Source: a virus
Taxonomy: Duplodnaviria > Caudoviricetes
DNA length: 54,757 nucleotides
Direction: 5' to 3' (one strand)
IMG/VR virus record: IMGVR_UViG_3300032270_000402
Location: 1-54,757 of that record
A program made the position numbers and the translations under genes. The notes below the pieces were generated by a model. It had not been told where the DNA came from. It did no database searches and saw only the letters and a program-made list of their open reading frames with translations. Below are positions 1 through 9,108 of this stretch, one piece after another. The number at the start of each line of letters is the position of its first letter. Positions within the stretch are counted from its first letter, which is position 1.

Positions 1-378
1 AGGGGTGCGGTCAACAAGGCCACAGCGAACGCTCGTGAGGCTATAGCGGCATTCGTCGATGACAACTCCAACCGGCTGGAGAGCTGGCTCGATCAGATCG
101 CAGACGGCGTGCCCAAGCGGCGGCTCGACACTGGCGACGTGATCACGAACAGTGATGGCTCAGTGTCGTGGGAAAAGCCACCAGATCCCAAGGGGGCCTT
201 CGACGCGATGCAGTCCGTGATCGAGTACCACATACCCAAGCTGGCCCGCGTGGAGCAGACGGGCGCCGATGGCGGCCCGATCACTCACGCGAGCCTAGTG
301 GCCAACCTTGACCTGAAGGGCGTGAGCGATAACGAGCTGGACAAGATCTTGGCCATACTGGGCAGGGCGGCGGAGTGA
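1..378 (+). CDS. terS: Terminase small subunit, 5'-truncated
   Basis: Frame 1 is open from base 1 (RGAVNKATANAREAIAAFVDDNSNRLESWLDQIADG...YHIPKLARVEQTGADGGPI). The E.TG.DGGPI tail is typical of TerS and the gene lies upstream of terL. Confidence 0.7.
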   Translation, partial: RGAVNKATANAREAIAAFVDDNSNRLESWLDQIADGVPKRRLDTGDVITNSDGSVSWEKPPDPKGAFDAMQSVIEYHIPKLARVEQTGADGGPITHASLVANLDLKGVSDNELDKILAILGRAAE

Positions 379-563
379 AGCGCAATGAGGTGGACTTCGT
401 GCTCGATGCGCTGGGCGAGATCTACGAGTACCTGCGCGAGTACGCCGACGAGCACGACGGTCGGACGAATGAGGAGCTTGACTTGCTGATGATGGTCATG
501 GCCGTCAGCGCGCTGATTGAGCGCGATGCCATCCATGAGCACCAGCTGGCACGTATACATTAA
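375..563 (+). CDS. Hypothetical protein (62 aa)
   Basis: GTGA overlap with the terS stop; codon usage matches neighbours. Confidence 0.6.
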   Translation: MKRNEVDFVLDALGEIYEYLREYADEHDGRTNEELDLLMMVMAVSALIERDAIHEHQLARIH

Positions 564-600
564 CCTTGACAATCAATAGGAGTTCGTATAGGTATAGATC

Positions 601-625
601 AACTACCGAGGAATCCTCGGTAGTT
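601..625. repeat. Perfect 12-bp inverted repeat
   Basis: AACTACCGAGGA-A-TCCTCGGTAGTT. Confidence 0.85.
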
Positions 626-660
626 CAGATGTCAAGTAATCCTTGACAACTGCCCAACTA

Positions 661-726
661 CCGACCCCGGACGCCTCTGCCAACTGCGTAGCGGAAGGCA
701 CGCGAACCATCGGGGTCTCTTTTTTG
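661..726 (+). ncRNA. Candidate structured RNA or long terminator
   Basis: Nested stems GACCCCG/CGGGGTC, CGC/GCG, TGCC/GGCA and CTGC/GCGG, followed by a T-tract. Confidence 0.35.
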
Positions 727-849
727 CTGGTTCCCATTCTAGAACGGGGTAAAGGGCGCAACCTTCCAGCATCTCTTTTTGAGAACAAATGTTGCGGCAA
801 CGGTTTAAGTTATGTTATAGTTTTCCACGTAAGTTTGGTTTGATTCTTG

Positions 850-885
850 GCCTCGGGCATTCTCAGTGCTCGGGGCTTTTTACTT
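850..885 (+). terminator. Rho-independent terminator
   Basis: GCCTCGGGCATT-CTC-AGTGCTCGGGGC stem (with GU pairs) followed by TTTTTACTTT. Confidence 0.7.
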
Positions 886-890
886 TACAC

Positions 891-937
891 TTCTTGACAA
901 TTCTCTTCGTGACATCGGGCGCCAGCAGGCGCATAGT
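891..937 (+). promoter_or_regulatory. Promoter with conserved upstream box (copy 1)
   Basis: TTCTTGACAATTCTCTTC, then GTGACA-N17-CATAGT; 21/23 identity to the box at 43655-43677 on the - strand. Confidence 0.65.
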
Positions 938-970
938 TCGTCTCAGGCAACGAACGAACGGGAGATCGAG

Positions 971-1138
971 ATGAACCAACCAACTACACACAACCGCTAC
1001 CACGTCACCATCCACTGCACCAACGGCAACTACTACGAGTTCAACTACTCAACGCCAGCGGACATCAAGGAGGCGGCCAACGAGCTGCGCCGCGACATCC
1101 GCGAGACCAAGCACCTGACCATCTATCCTATTGACTAG
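971..1138 (+). CDS. Small hypothetical protein (55 aa)
   Basis: GGAG RBS and ATG at 971 (MNQPTTHNRYHVTIHCTNGNYYEF...), downstream of the promoter above. Confidence 0.7.
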   Translation: MNQPTTHNRYHVTIHCTNGNYYEFNYSTPADIKEAANELRRDIRETKHLTIYPID

Positions 1139-1139
1139 C

Positions 1140-1168
1140 TTGCACCCACTGGCCGCCGCGCATACACT
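1140..1168 (+). promoter_or_regulatory. Sigma70-type promoter for terL (likely leaderless mRNA)
   Basis: TTGCAC-N17-TACACT ending 6 nt before the ATG at 1175; no SD sequence. Confidence 0.55.
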
Positions 1169-1174
1169 GCGCGG

Positions 1175-2740
1175 ATGGCAGCAGCTATCGACACAGCGGC
1201 TCTTAAGGCGCGAGTACAGTTTGAGGTAGACCGGCGCAGAGCGTCGGCCTCGCTGTATGAGTTCGTCAAGCAGGCGTGGCCGATCGTCGAGCCCGGCGCC
1301 GAGTTCGTCGATAGCTGGCACATCCAGACCATCTGCGAGCACCTCGAGGCCATCACCAGCGGCGAGCTGCGCAAGCTGCTGATCAACATCCCGCCACGTC
1401 ACTCGAAGTCGACCATCGTCAACGTGATGTGGCCGACGTGGGAATGGATCGCCGACCCGAGGCACCAGTACCTCACCGCATCGTTCAGCGGCCCGCTGTC
1501 CATCCGCGACAACCTCAAGGCCCGACGACTGATCCAGTCACCGTGGTACCAAGAGCGATGGGGCCATCTATACCAACTGGCAGGCGATCAGAACGCCAAG
1601 CAGCGATTCGAAAACGATCACATGGGACACCGCATCGCGACCTCAGTAGGCGGTACGACCACCGGCGAAGGCGGTAGCCGACTGATCCTCGATGACCCGC
1701 ACGGCGCGCAAGAGGCGCAGTCCGATGCGATGCGAGACGCGGCGCTGGAATGGTTCGATGCCGCATGGTCAACCCGTCTGAACAATCCCAAGACCGACGC
1801 GATGGTCGTGGTGATGCAGCGCCTGCACGAGCTGGACGTGAGCGGCCACATACTCAACGACCTATCAGGCTGGGAACATATCTGCATCCCTGCCGAGTGG
1901 GACGGCGTCAAGCGCAAGACCTTCCTCGGCAACTACGACCCGCGCACCAAGAAGGGCGAGCTCATCTGCCCCAACCGATTCGGGCCCGATGAAATCGCCA
2001 ACCTCAAGCAGATCCTCGGCACCTATGGCGCCAGCGGCCAGCTGCAACAAGATCCGACACCGGCCGAGGGCGGTATCCTCAAGGCCAAATATTTTGAGAT
2101 GTGGCCAGCCGATCAGGAGCTGCCGCCGTTCATGTACATCCTGCAGTCCTATGACTGTGCCTTCACCGAGAAGAACACGGGCGACCCGACCGCGTGCACG
2201 GTCTGGGGCATCTTCCAGCACAAGGGCAGGCGCAACGTGATGCTGATCGATGCGTGGGACGAGCACCTTGGCTATCCCGACCTGCGGCGCAGGGTGATAC
2301 AGGACTGGACGACCGAGTATGGCGGTGGCGGCAAGTCACTGCACCGCGGCCGACGACCTGACCGCATCCTGATCGAGGCGAAGGCAAGCGGCCAGTCACT
2401 GCTGCAGGATCTGCGTCAGGCCAATGTCCCTGCCGTGGGCTACAACCCCGGCAATGCCGACAAGATCTCACGCGCGCACCAAGCGGCGCCCACGCTGGAG
2501 ATGGGACTGGTATGGATACCTGAGTCCAAGAAGAACGATCGACACCCGGTCAGCTGGGCATCGGCATTCATCAAGCAGGTGGCCAAGTTCCCAGTGGCCG
2601 CGCACGATGACTACGTGGACACGTTCACGCAGGCAGTCATCTACCTGAAGGACGATGGCTGGTTCGAGCTGCCACGGGCGCGCGACATTGACGAGCCCAA
2701 GCCCTACAGCAAGCCGCTGATCAACCCTTACGCGATCTGA
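1175..2740 (+). CDS. terL: Terminase large subunit
   Basis: Walker A-like NIPPRHSKST, Walker B LILDDPH, VVVMQRLHE..D, nuclease QSYDCAF and C-terminal FPVAAHDDYVD. Confidence 0.95.
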   Translation: MAAAIDTAALKARVQFEVDRRRASASLYEFVKQAWPIVEPGAEFVDSWHIQTICEHLEAITSGELRKLLINIPPRHSKSTIVNVMWPTWEWIADPRHQYLTASFSGPLSIRDNLKARRLIQSPWYQERWGHLYQLAGDQNAKQRFENDHMGHRIATSVGGTTTGEGGSRLILDDPHGAQEAQSDAMRDAALEWFDAAWSTRLNNPKTDAMVVVMQRLHELDVSGHILNDLSGWEHICIPAEWDGVKRKTFLGNYDPRTKKGELICPNRFGPDEIANLKQILGTYGASGQLQQDPTPAEGGILKAKYFEMWPADQELPPFMYILQSYDCAFTEKNTGDPTACTVWGIFQHKGRRNVMLIDAWDEHLGYPDLRRRVIQDWTTEYGGGGKSLHRGRRPDRILIEAKASGQSLLQDLRQANVPAVGYNPGNADKISRAHQAAPTLEMGLVWIPESKKNDRHPVSWASAFIKQVAKFPVAAHDDYVDTFTQAVIYLKDDGWFELPRARDIDEPKPYSKPLINPYAI

Positions 2741-3312
2741 TGGCTTACCTGTACCGACTGACCTCGCCCTCGGGCAAGAGCTACATCGGTATCGCCAAAG
2801 ACTACCGCCGACGCTGGACGATTCACCGCTACCGCGCCAACCGCGACGCGCAGGGCGCGCTCTACGCCGCCATACGCAAATACAAATGGGAATCATTCTC
2901 ATCTACAATTCTGGCCATCGGTAGCTTTGAGTATGTCAAGGAGATGGAGGTCAAGGCTATTGCCGCCTTCAACACGTACCAACCGCATGGCTACAACCTG
3001 ACCCGTGGCGGTGACGGGGCGACAGGGCGACCGACGCCCAAGGCGGTGCGTGACAAGATCGCCGCAGGCAACCGTGGCAAGGTGATGACCGCCGCCTCAC
3101 GCAAGAAGCTATCCATCGCGCGCAAGGGCGGCACCGTATCGAAAGAGCAGCGCGCCCTGATCAGTGTCAAGATGAAGCAAGTGTGCGACGCCGAGTGGCG
3201 CAGGCGCAGGGCAGAGACACAGCGCAGGCTGTGGGCAGATCCTGAGTACCGTGCGATGATGCTTGCCAAGCGCAGCGATCGTGCGCTAAAATCCAGCAAA
3301 CCTGCGCCCTAA
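2740..3312 (+). CDS. Free-standing GIY-YIG homing endonuclease with NUMOD3-like DNA-binding repeats
   Basis: YLYRLTSPSGKSYIG...RRW..H, E..AI, GYNLTRGGDG, then R.KI/LS...G repeats; coupled to the terL stop by a TGATG overlap. Confidence 0.85.
   Translation: MAYLYRLTSPSGKSYIGIAKDYRRRWTIHRYRANRDAQGALYAAIRKYKWESFSSTILAIGSFEYVKEMEVKAIAAFNTYQPHGYNLTRGGDGATGRPTPKAVRDKIAAGNRGKVMTAASRKKLSIARKGGTVSKEQRALISVKMKQVCDAEWRRRRAETQRRLWADPEYRAMMLAKRSDRALKSSKPAP
3263..3292 (+). promoter_or_regulatory. Possible sigma70 promoter for the polyvalent-protein/portal genes
   Basis: TTGCCA-N18-TAAAAT inside the 3' end of the GIY-YIG gene. Confidence 0.4.
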
Positions 3313-3327
3313 CCCCACGGTGCCTAC

Positions 3328-6300
3328 ATGGCCGACGCCCCTCCCAAAACCAACATCCGAGACCGTGGCGTTCTTGCGAACCTGCTTGACTTCAACAAGA
3401 TGCGCGATGATTCCGCCGAGGTTGGCAATGCATTCTTCAACAAGAGCACCGAGCACAACGGCCCGTCCGACGCGATGCGTCATGTGATCTTCAACGCCAA
3501 GCTGACCACTGGCACGGGCTCGCGCTTCATCCCGTGGCTATTGGATAAGTTGCACGAGTACGGCGAGACTGCCGCTGGCCAGCCGCGTGCTGAGATGGAG
3601 ATGGACTTGGCGAATGGTGAGCTAGGCCGTGAAATCGGGAAGCTAGGGCTGAGCGATGCGGAAATGGTTGACCTTGCGCAGCGTGCGGTGCAAGGCGGCA
3701 AGGCCGTGTACATGACCAAGCCACCGCAGAAGACTGACTACGCAACCGGCGGTGAGGTGGACACCGAGCCGACCGATCTTGAGCAGGCAGTGCAGGAGCA
3801 GTTCGGTCTTGAGCCCAACCTAGACCGCGCGACACTGCTCCCGTACAAGAGCAAGGACAAGGGCTGGATCGCGCCAGAGGCGCTATACCAAGCCGCCAAG
3901 TTGGTCGCCTCACCGATCACCGCATTGCACGGCAAGTACATATCACCCGAAGAGACGGTCGAGGGCGCGCTGACACTGGGCAGTCCGAGCACCGCCGCTG
4001 GGCTGGTCTCCAAGGCCGAGCCCGGCGTTGCGCGCATGTTCATCGGTCAGAATTCAAATGCATGGGATACTGGCTCACACGCGCTGGCGCTGAAGATGGA
4101 AGACGAAGGCGCAAGCCCGCGCACGATCTGGGAGCAGACCATGAACTGGCGCACGCCAGAAGGCAAGTGGGCGCAAGAGATTAGTGACAAGGGCGCCGTA
4201 TACACGCCAGAGAATGCGCTCGACATTGCAAAAGAAAAGTACAAGAAAGCAACCACTGACATCAAGGCGCGAGCCAAGCAATATCAAGAAGCGCGCGACA
4301 TCAACTTGATGTACAGGGGGCTGCTACAAGATGAGCCCAATCCGTTTGTGCATACGCACACTGAAGGGCCACTAGCAGGCCAGCGCATGCTGCATCCGCA
4401 AACGGGAATGCCAATGATCAAGGAAGGCATGGAAGATGCCTATACAGAATTTAACTCTGCGCTTAAAGATAAAGCGATTCAGAAGTATTCAGAATCAACT
4501 GGCAAGCCAGTCTCTGAGGATGCGCGCTGGATCTTTAGAACGACACCGCTGTGGCAGATTGAAGATGCAATGAGCACCACACCGGCAAGCATTGGTCTTG
4601 TTCGTCCGAGCAAGACGACAATCAGGGACAGCACTGTCGGCAGCACGCTTGAGCATCCTGAACTGTACAGCGCCTATCCTCGTATGGCGAACTATCCTTT
4701 TGACCTACGCGTCAAAGGACAGATGAGCGGATATGCTGCATCGTTCAATCCGTATAGTCGAAAAGTGACCTTATCGGCCGCTTCAAAAGAGCCAACAGCA
4801 TCTATGCTGCACGAGCTGCAGCACGCGGTGCAGGAGCGTGAAGGATGGGAAGGCGGCGCAAGCACAAGTCAATTTTCTCACTTAAACCCAAGCATGGCCA
4901 TGCAGCTTTACCTGCGTAATCTAGGCGAAGGCATGGCGCGCGCCACCGAGGCGCGTAAAGATCTGACGATGGCGCAGCGTAACGCAATCTTCCCTGCCGA
5001 ATCATTCTCATTGCCGAATGTCAGCCCATCTACCACGATGGAGCAGTTTATGTGGCAGGGCATGGATCCCGCCAAGAGATCTTTGATCCTGAAGTATCTC
5101 AACAACAACATTGACGACCTGACATGGAAAGCGCGTATGACAGGCAAGGATGTGGACATCCCGCTGGCCTATGATCCAGATAAGGTCAGCTCGATTACTG
5201 ATAGCCTGAAGGCTGAGATGGCCGAGCCTAAGCCTAAGTTTGCAGAAGGCGGCGAGGTAAGCCTGCCACCCGTGCCGACATTGAACGATGCGCCTACTGA
5301 GTACCGCCAGCGCAAGGACACGCTCAGTGACAAGCTGACCGACCTGAGCATTGGTCTGGGCGAAGGATTAACCAACCAGCTCAAGGGATATTCCGAATTG
5401 ATTGAGCGTCCTATTGACACGGGCAAGGCCATGTACCAAGGCTTGAAGGCTGTGATCAACGATCCATCGGTCATCAAGGATGCGCTGCAGAGCATAGCCA
5501 CCAAGGCAACAGAGTCCCCAGTGGGACTGGGCACGGTCATTGGTGAGAATATCAGCCCAACTGGTTTGGCCAAGCGACTGGCTGGTGTGGGCAAGCCTGT
5601 GCTGAAGGAGCTGACCGTTTATCACGGATCACCGCATACATTTGAGCCTACGCCTAACAATCCTTTGGGTGAGTTCACCGCCAATAAGATTGGAACGGGA
5701 GAGGGCGCACAATCTTATGGCCACGGAATTTATGTAGCCGAAAATCCAGATGTAGCCAAAGGCTATCAGTTTATGGAGAAAAATTGGTTCGATACGGACG
5801 AGGCAACCTACAATGGCAAGTCAATCCAGCATTGGTATGATCAGGCGCAGAAAGATCAAGACCGCGCACACCGTCTAAATAACAAAGCAATGATCAATGA
5901 TGCCAATGCAAAGTTGGCATTCTGGGAAGACATCATGACGCACACTCACCCTGAAAAGGCCGTGAACACGATGCTCAGTCCAGAGTATGACTGGCCAGAG
6001 GCGGCTAAGTTTGCCAAGACCATCAAGCTGGATAAGTTCAAGGGCATACCAGAACCCGGTAATTTGTATACTGTAGATCTGCCTGACGAACACATCGCGC
6101 GTATGCTGGACTGGGATAAGCCGTTGAATGAGCAGCATCCTCATGTGCAGAATGTTATAAAAACAGGAATCTCTGCTGATGCTTTTTATAATCTTGGAAT
6201 CACTAATGATTTCAAAGATGCTTATAACGGGAAAACATTAACCGGAGGGGATCTGGTTGGATTCATGGGAAATCAATTTGATAAAAGCAACGCATCCGCT

Positions 6301-6528
6301 GTTCTTCGAGGTGCAGGCATTCCCGGCATCAAGTATTTGGATGCAGGATCAAGAGACAAGGCAACGGGCACGCGCAACTTCGTCATGTTCCCCGGCGAAG
6401 AGCACAATCTAAAGATACTGGAACGCAAAGCCAAAGGAGGCCTCGTTGCGCAACCGTCCAGTATAGAGTATGATTCGTCAAAGGTACAGTCCATCGTGGA
6501 TCAGCTACGTCAGGAAATCCATGCCTAA
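3328..6528 (+). CDS. Large polyvalent protein: DUF6973/Wnt-like domain + LPD23 + HExxH metallopeptidase + ADP-ribosyltransferase-like domain
   Basis: DAMRH...HE...MDLAN...GR; IWEQTMNWRTPEGKWAQEISD; HPELYSAYP...LHELQHAVQEREGW...GE..AR; YHGSPH...GTGEGAQSYGHGIYVAE...GIPGIKYLD...NFVMF. Confidence 0.75.
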   Translation: MADAPPKTNIRDRGVLANLLDFNKMRDDSAEVGNAFFNKSTEHNGPSDAMRHVIFNAKLTTGTGSRFIPWLLDKLHEYGETAAGQPRAEMEMDLANGELGREIGKLGLSDAEMVDLAQRAVQGGKAVYMTKPPQKTDYATGGEVDTEPTDLEQAVQEQFGLEPNLDRATLLPYKSKDKGWIAPEALYQAAKLVASPITALHGKYISPEETVEGALTLGSPSTAAGLVSKAEPGVARMFIGQNSNAWDTGSHALALKMEDEGASPRTIWEQTMNWRTPEGKWAQEISDKGAVYTPENALDIAKEKYKKATTDIKARAKQYQEARDINLMYRGLLQDEPNPFVHTHTEGPLAGQRMLHPQTGMPMIKEGMEDAYTEFNSALKDKAIQKYSESTGKPVSEDARWIFRTTPLWQIEDAMSTTPASIGLVRPSKTTIRDSTVGSTLEHPELYSAYPRMANYPFDLRVKGQMSGYAASFNPYSRKVTLSAASKEPTASMLHELQHAVQEREGWEGGASTSQFSHLNPSMAMQLYLRNLGEGMARATEARKDLTMAQRNAIFPAESFSLPNVSPSTTMEQFMWQGMDPAKRSLILKYLNNNIDDLTWKARMTGKDVDIPLAYDPDKVSSITDSLKAEMAEPKPKFAEGGEVSLPPVPTLNDAPTEYRQRKDTLSDKLTDLSIGLGEGLTNQLKGYSELIERPIDTGKAMYQGLKAVINDPSVIKDALQSIATKATESPVGLGTVIGENISPTGLAKRLAGVGKPVLKELTVYHGSPHTFEPTPNNPLGEFTANKIGTGEGAQSYGHGIYVAENPDVAKGYQFMEKNWFDTDEATYNGKSIQHWYDQAQKDQDRAHRLNNKAMINDANAKLAFWEDIMTHTHPEKAVNTMLSPEYDWPEAAKFAKTIKLDKFKGIPEPGNLYTVDLPDEHIARMLDWDKPLNEQHPHVQNVIKTGISADAFYNLGITNDFKDAYNGKTLTGGDLVGFMGNQFDKSNASAVLRGAGIPGIKYLDAGSRDKATGTRNFVMFPGEEHNLKILERKAKGGLVAQPSSIEYDSSKVQSIVDQLRQEIHA

Positions 6529-9103
6529 AGAATTTTTAGAAGACGAACAAGACGACGAGCAAGAGGCGGGGGAGACCGTTGAGCTTGAAGACGAGGACGT
6601 GTCGGTTGAAGATACTGACGACGGCGGCGCCGTCATTCGTCTTGACAATGCAGAAGACCTGAAGAAGAACACCGAGCACTTTGCCAACATTGTCGATGAG
6701 GTAGACCAATCCTCATTGCGCGTGGCCGTGAGCCAGCTGCTTGATAAGATCGACAAGGACAAAGAGGCGCGCGAGAAACGCGACAAACTGTACGAAGAAG
6801 GCCTGCGACGCACTGGCCTTGGTGACGACGCGCCCGGCGGCGCGCAGTTCACTGGCGCCAACAAGGTCGTGCACCCGATGCTGGTCGAGGCGTGCGTAGA
6901 CTTCTCGGCGCGCATGATGAAGGAGATCTTCCCACCGACTGGGCCTGTGAAGTCCAAGATCGTCGGCAAGGTCGAGAAAGACAAACAGATTAAGGCTCAG
7001 CGTAAGGCTGACTTCATGAATTGGCAGACCACGGAGCAGATGACTGAATTCCGTGGCGAGCTTGAGCAACTGAGCACGCAACTGCCACTAGGTGGCGCCC
7101 AGTACCTCAAGATGATGTGGAACGCGCAATACCGCCGCCCATCAACCGAATTTATTCCTATTGATGACGTATACCTGCCATTTGCGGCTACCAATTTCTA
7201 CACTGCTGAAAGAAAAACGCATGTGCAATACGTCACCAGTATGGAATACGACCGGCGGGTAGCTGCCGGAATGTACATTGATGTCGATGTCGGCATGCCT
7301 GATGAGGTAGATTTCAGTCAGGCGACCAAGGCAAACGACAAGATCGAAGGCAGAAAGGACACCGCTTACAACGAAGACGGCCTGCGCACCGTGTTTGAGG
7401 TGTACACGTACCTCGAATTTGATGAGGGCATGGCGCCATACATCATCAGCATCGATAAATCCAGCGGTAAGGCGCTAAACCTGTACCGAAACTGGGACGA
7501 AGGCGATGACATGAAGAAGGAATTGGACTGGATCGTCGAATTCCCGTTCATTCCGTGGCGCGGAGCCTACCCAATCGGCCTGACGCACATGCTTGGCGGC
7601 CTTTCTGGCGCCGCGACTGGCGCATTGCGCGCACTTTTGGACTCTGCGCACATCCAAAACATCCCGACCATGCTGAAATTGAAGGGCGGCCCGAATGGCC
7701 AGACCATCAACGTGCAGCCGACCGAGGTGATTGAGATCGAAGGCGGCGCGATGGTCGATGACGTGCGCAAAATTGCGATGCCATTGCCATTTAATCAGCC
7801 TAGTCCGGTGCTTTTCCAGCTCTTAGGCTTCTTGGTTGACGCTGGTAAGGGCGTCGTGCAGACATCCTTCGAGAAATTGTCTGATCAGAACCCAAATCAG
7901 CCCGTCGGGACGACGATGGCGCTGATTGAGCAGGGCATGGTCGTGTTTAGCTCGATCCATTCGCGCCTGCACAACTCTGTTGATCGCGTATTCAAGATTC
8001 TGCACCGAATTAACTCGGCATACTTGACCGAAGAGGACATTAAGGCGCAGGCGGGTGACTTTGAGATCAATCCTGCCGACTTTGATGGCCCAATGGACAT
8101 CATCCCGGTCAGCGACCCTGCAATTTTCAGCGAGACGCAACGATTTGCGCAGATTCAGGCCATCATGCAGCGCGCTCAGGCGATGCCGCAGATGTACGAC
8201 CTGCGCAAGGTCGAGGAAATGTTCCTGCGCGTAATGAAGGTACCGGATGACATTTTGGTAGAGAAGCCCGGCCAAGAGAATCGCGACCCTGTCAGTGAAA
8301 ATGTTGCCGCCTCATTAGGGCAGCCGATTTATGTATTGCCGTCTCAAGATCATATGGCGCACATCAAGACGCACCTTGCCTTCTTGCAGTCGCCACTGTT
8401 TGGCCAGAACCCTGCGATTGTCAAGACGTACCTGTACCCAATGGCCAATCACTTGCGCGATCACTTGCTGAACTACTACCTGACACAGGCGCATAAGGCC
8501 GTGAAAGATGCGACTGACAAGGACTTAATCGGCGCGGATCCACAAGAGCAGACGGACGTCATCCTGCGCACGCAACAATTCCTTGAGCAGCAGATGGGCA
8601 GCTTCGCGCCGATGCTGGCACAGATCGATCAGCAGGCTCAGCAATTTGCGCCACGCCCACCGATGCCACCAGACAACACCATTCAAGTGGCTCAGATGAA
8701 TGCTCAGCTGCAGCAACAATTGGCGCAGCAGCGCATGCAGGCAGATCAGGCAAAGTTGCAGCAGACCACGCAGTTCAAGCAGCTTGAGATGCAGCAGAAG
8801 TCGCAATCTGATCAGGCCAAGATGCAGCTTGAGATGGCCAAGCTTCAGCAGGGCACGCAAGCCAAGCAGATGGATGCGCAGGCATCGATCGAGGAGCAGA
8901 TGCGCGCGCTACAGGCTCAGCAGCAGCTGGAGCAGTTTAGACAGATGCAAGAAAATCAACGCAACACCGAGAGCAACCAGACTCGTGCTGCGATGAATAG
9001 TGCAGACAATGACACCGCGATGCGGCTTGCGTCTGCAGAGATTCTATCTGGTGAGAAGACTGCCCTTAGCACGGGCACTGGCATTAACCCCGGCACGAGG
9101 TAA
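6521..9103 (+). CDS. Portal protein (P22-like, Q-rich C-terminal barrel)
   Basis: ATG at 6521 after AGGA; acidic N-terminus, GANKVVHPMLVEAC, PVGTTMALIEQG..VFSSIHSRLH, DIIPVSDP and a long Q-rich coiled coil; lies between terminase and scaffold. Confidence 0.85.
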   Translation: MPKEFLEDEQDDEQEAGETVELEDEDVSVEDTDDGGAVIRLDNAEDLKKNTEHFANIVDEVDQSSLRVAVSQLLDKIDKDKEAREKRDKLYEEGLRRTGLGDDAPGGAQFTGANKVVHPMLVEACVDFSARMMKEIFPPTGPVKSKIVGKVEKDKQIKAQRKADFMNWQTTEQMTEFRGELEQLSTQLPLGGAQYLKMMWNAQYRRPSTEFIPIDDVYLPFAATNFYTAERKTHVQYVTSMEYDRRVAAGMYIDVDVGMPDEVDFSQATKANDKIEGRKDTAYNEDGLRTVFEVYTYLEFDEGMAPYIISIDKSSGKALNLYRNWDEGDDMKKELDWIVEFPFIPWRGAYPIGLTHMLGGLSGAATGALRALLDSAHIQNIPTMLKLKGGPNGQTINVQPTEVIEIEGGAMVDDVRKIAMPLPFNQPSPVLFQLLGFLVDAGKGVVQTSFEKLSDQNPNQPVGTTMALIEQGMVVFSSIHSRLHNSVDRVFKILHRINSAYLTEEDIKAQAGDFEINPADFDGPMDIIPVSDPAIFSETQRFAQIQAIMQRAQAMPQMYDLRKVEEMFLRVMKVPDDILVEKPGQENRDPVSENVAASLGQPIYVLPSQDHMAHIKTHLAFLQSPLFGQNPAIVKTYLYPMANHLRDHLLNYYLTQAHKAVKDATDKDLIGADPQEQTDVILRTQQFLEQQMGSFAPMLAQIDQQAQQFAPRPPMPPDNTIQVAQMNAQLQQQLAQQRMQADQAKLQQTTQFKQLEMQQKSQSDQAKMQLEMAKLQQGTQAKQMDAQASIEEQMRALQAQQQLEQFRQMQENQRNTESNQTRAAMNSADNDTAMRLASAEILSGEKTALSTGTGINPGTR

Positions 9104-9108
9104 TTGAG

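Noticed and set aside
643-974. ORFs 643..843, 789..974 and the upstream extension 866..970
   Set aside because: Poor starts and no RBS; they run through hairpins, a terminator and a promoter.
1175-3312. Group I intron or intein in terL
   Set aside because: TerL is continuous, of normal length and has all motifs; the endonuclease lies after the stop codon.
6470-6520. ORF-track starts for the portal (6470), and also 32009, 41029, 43674 and 48305
   Set aside because: Downstream ATGs with RBS and normal overlaps (6521, 32063, 41062, 43596, 48254) are more plausible.
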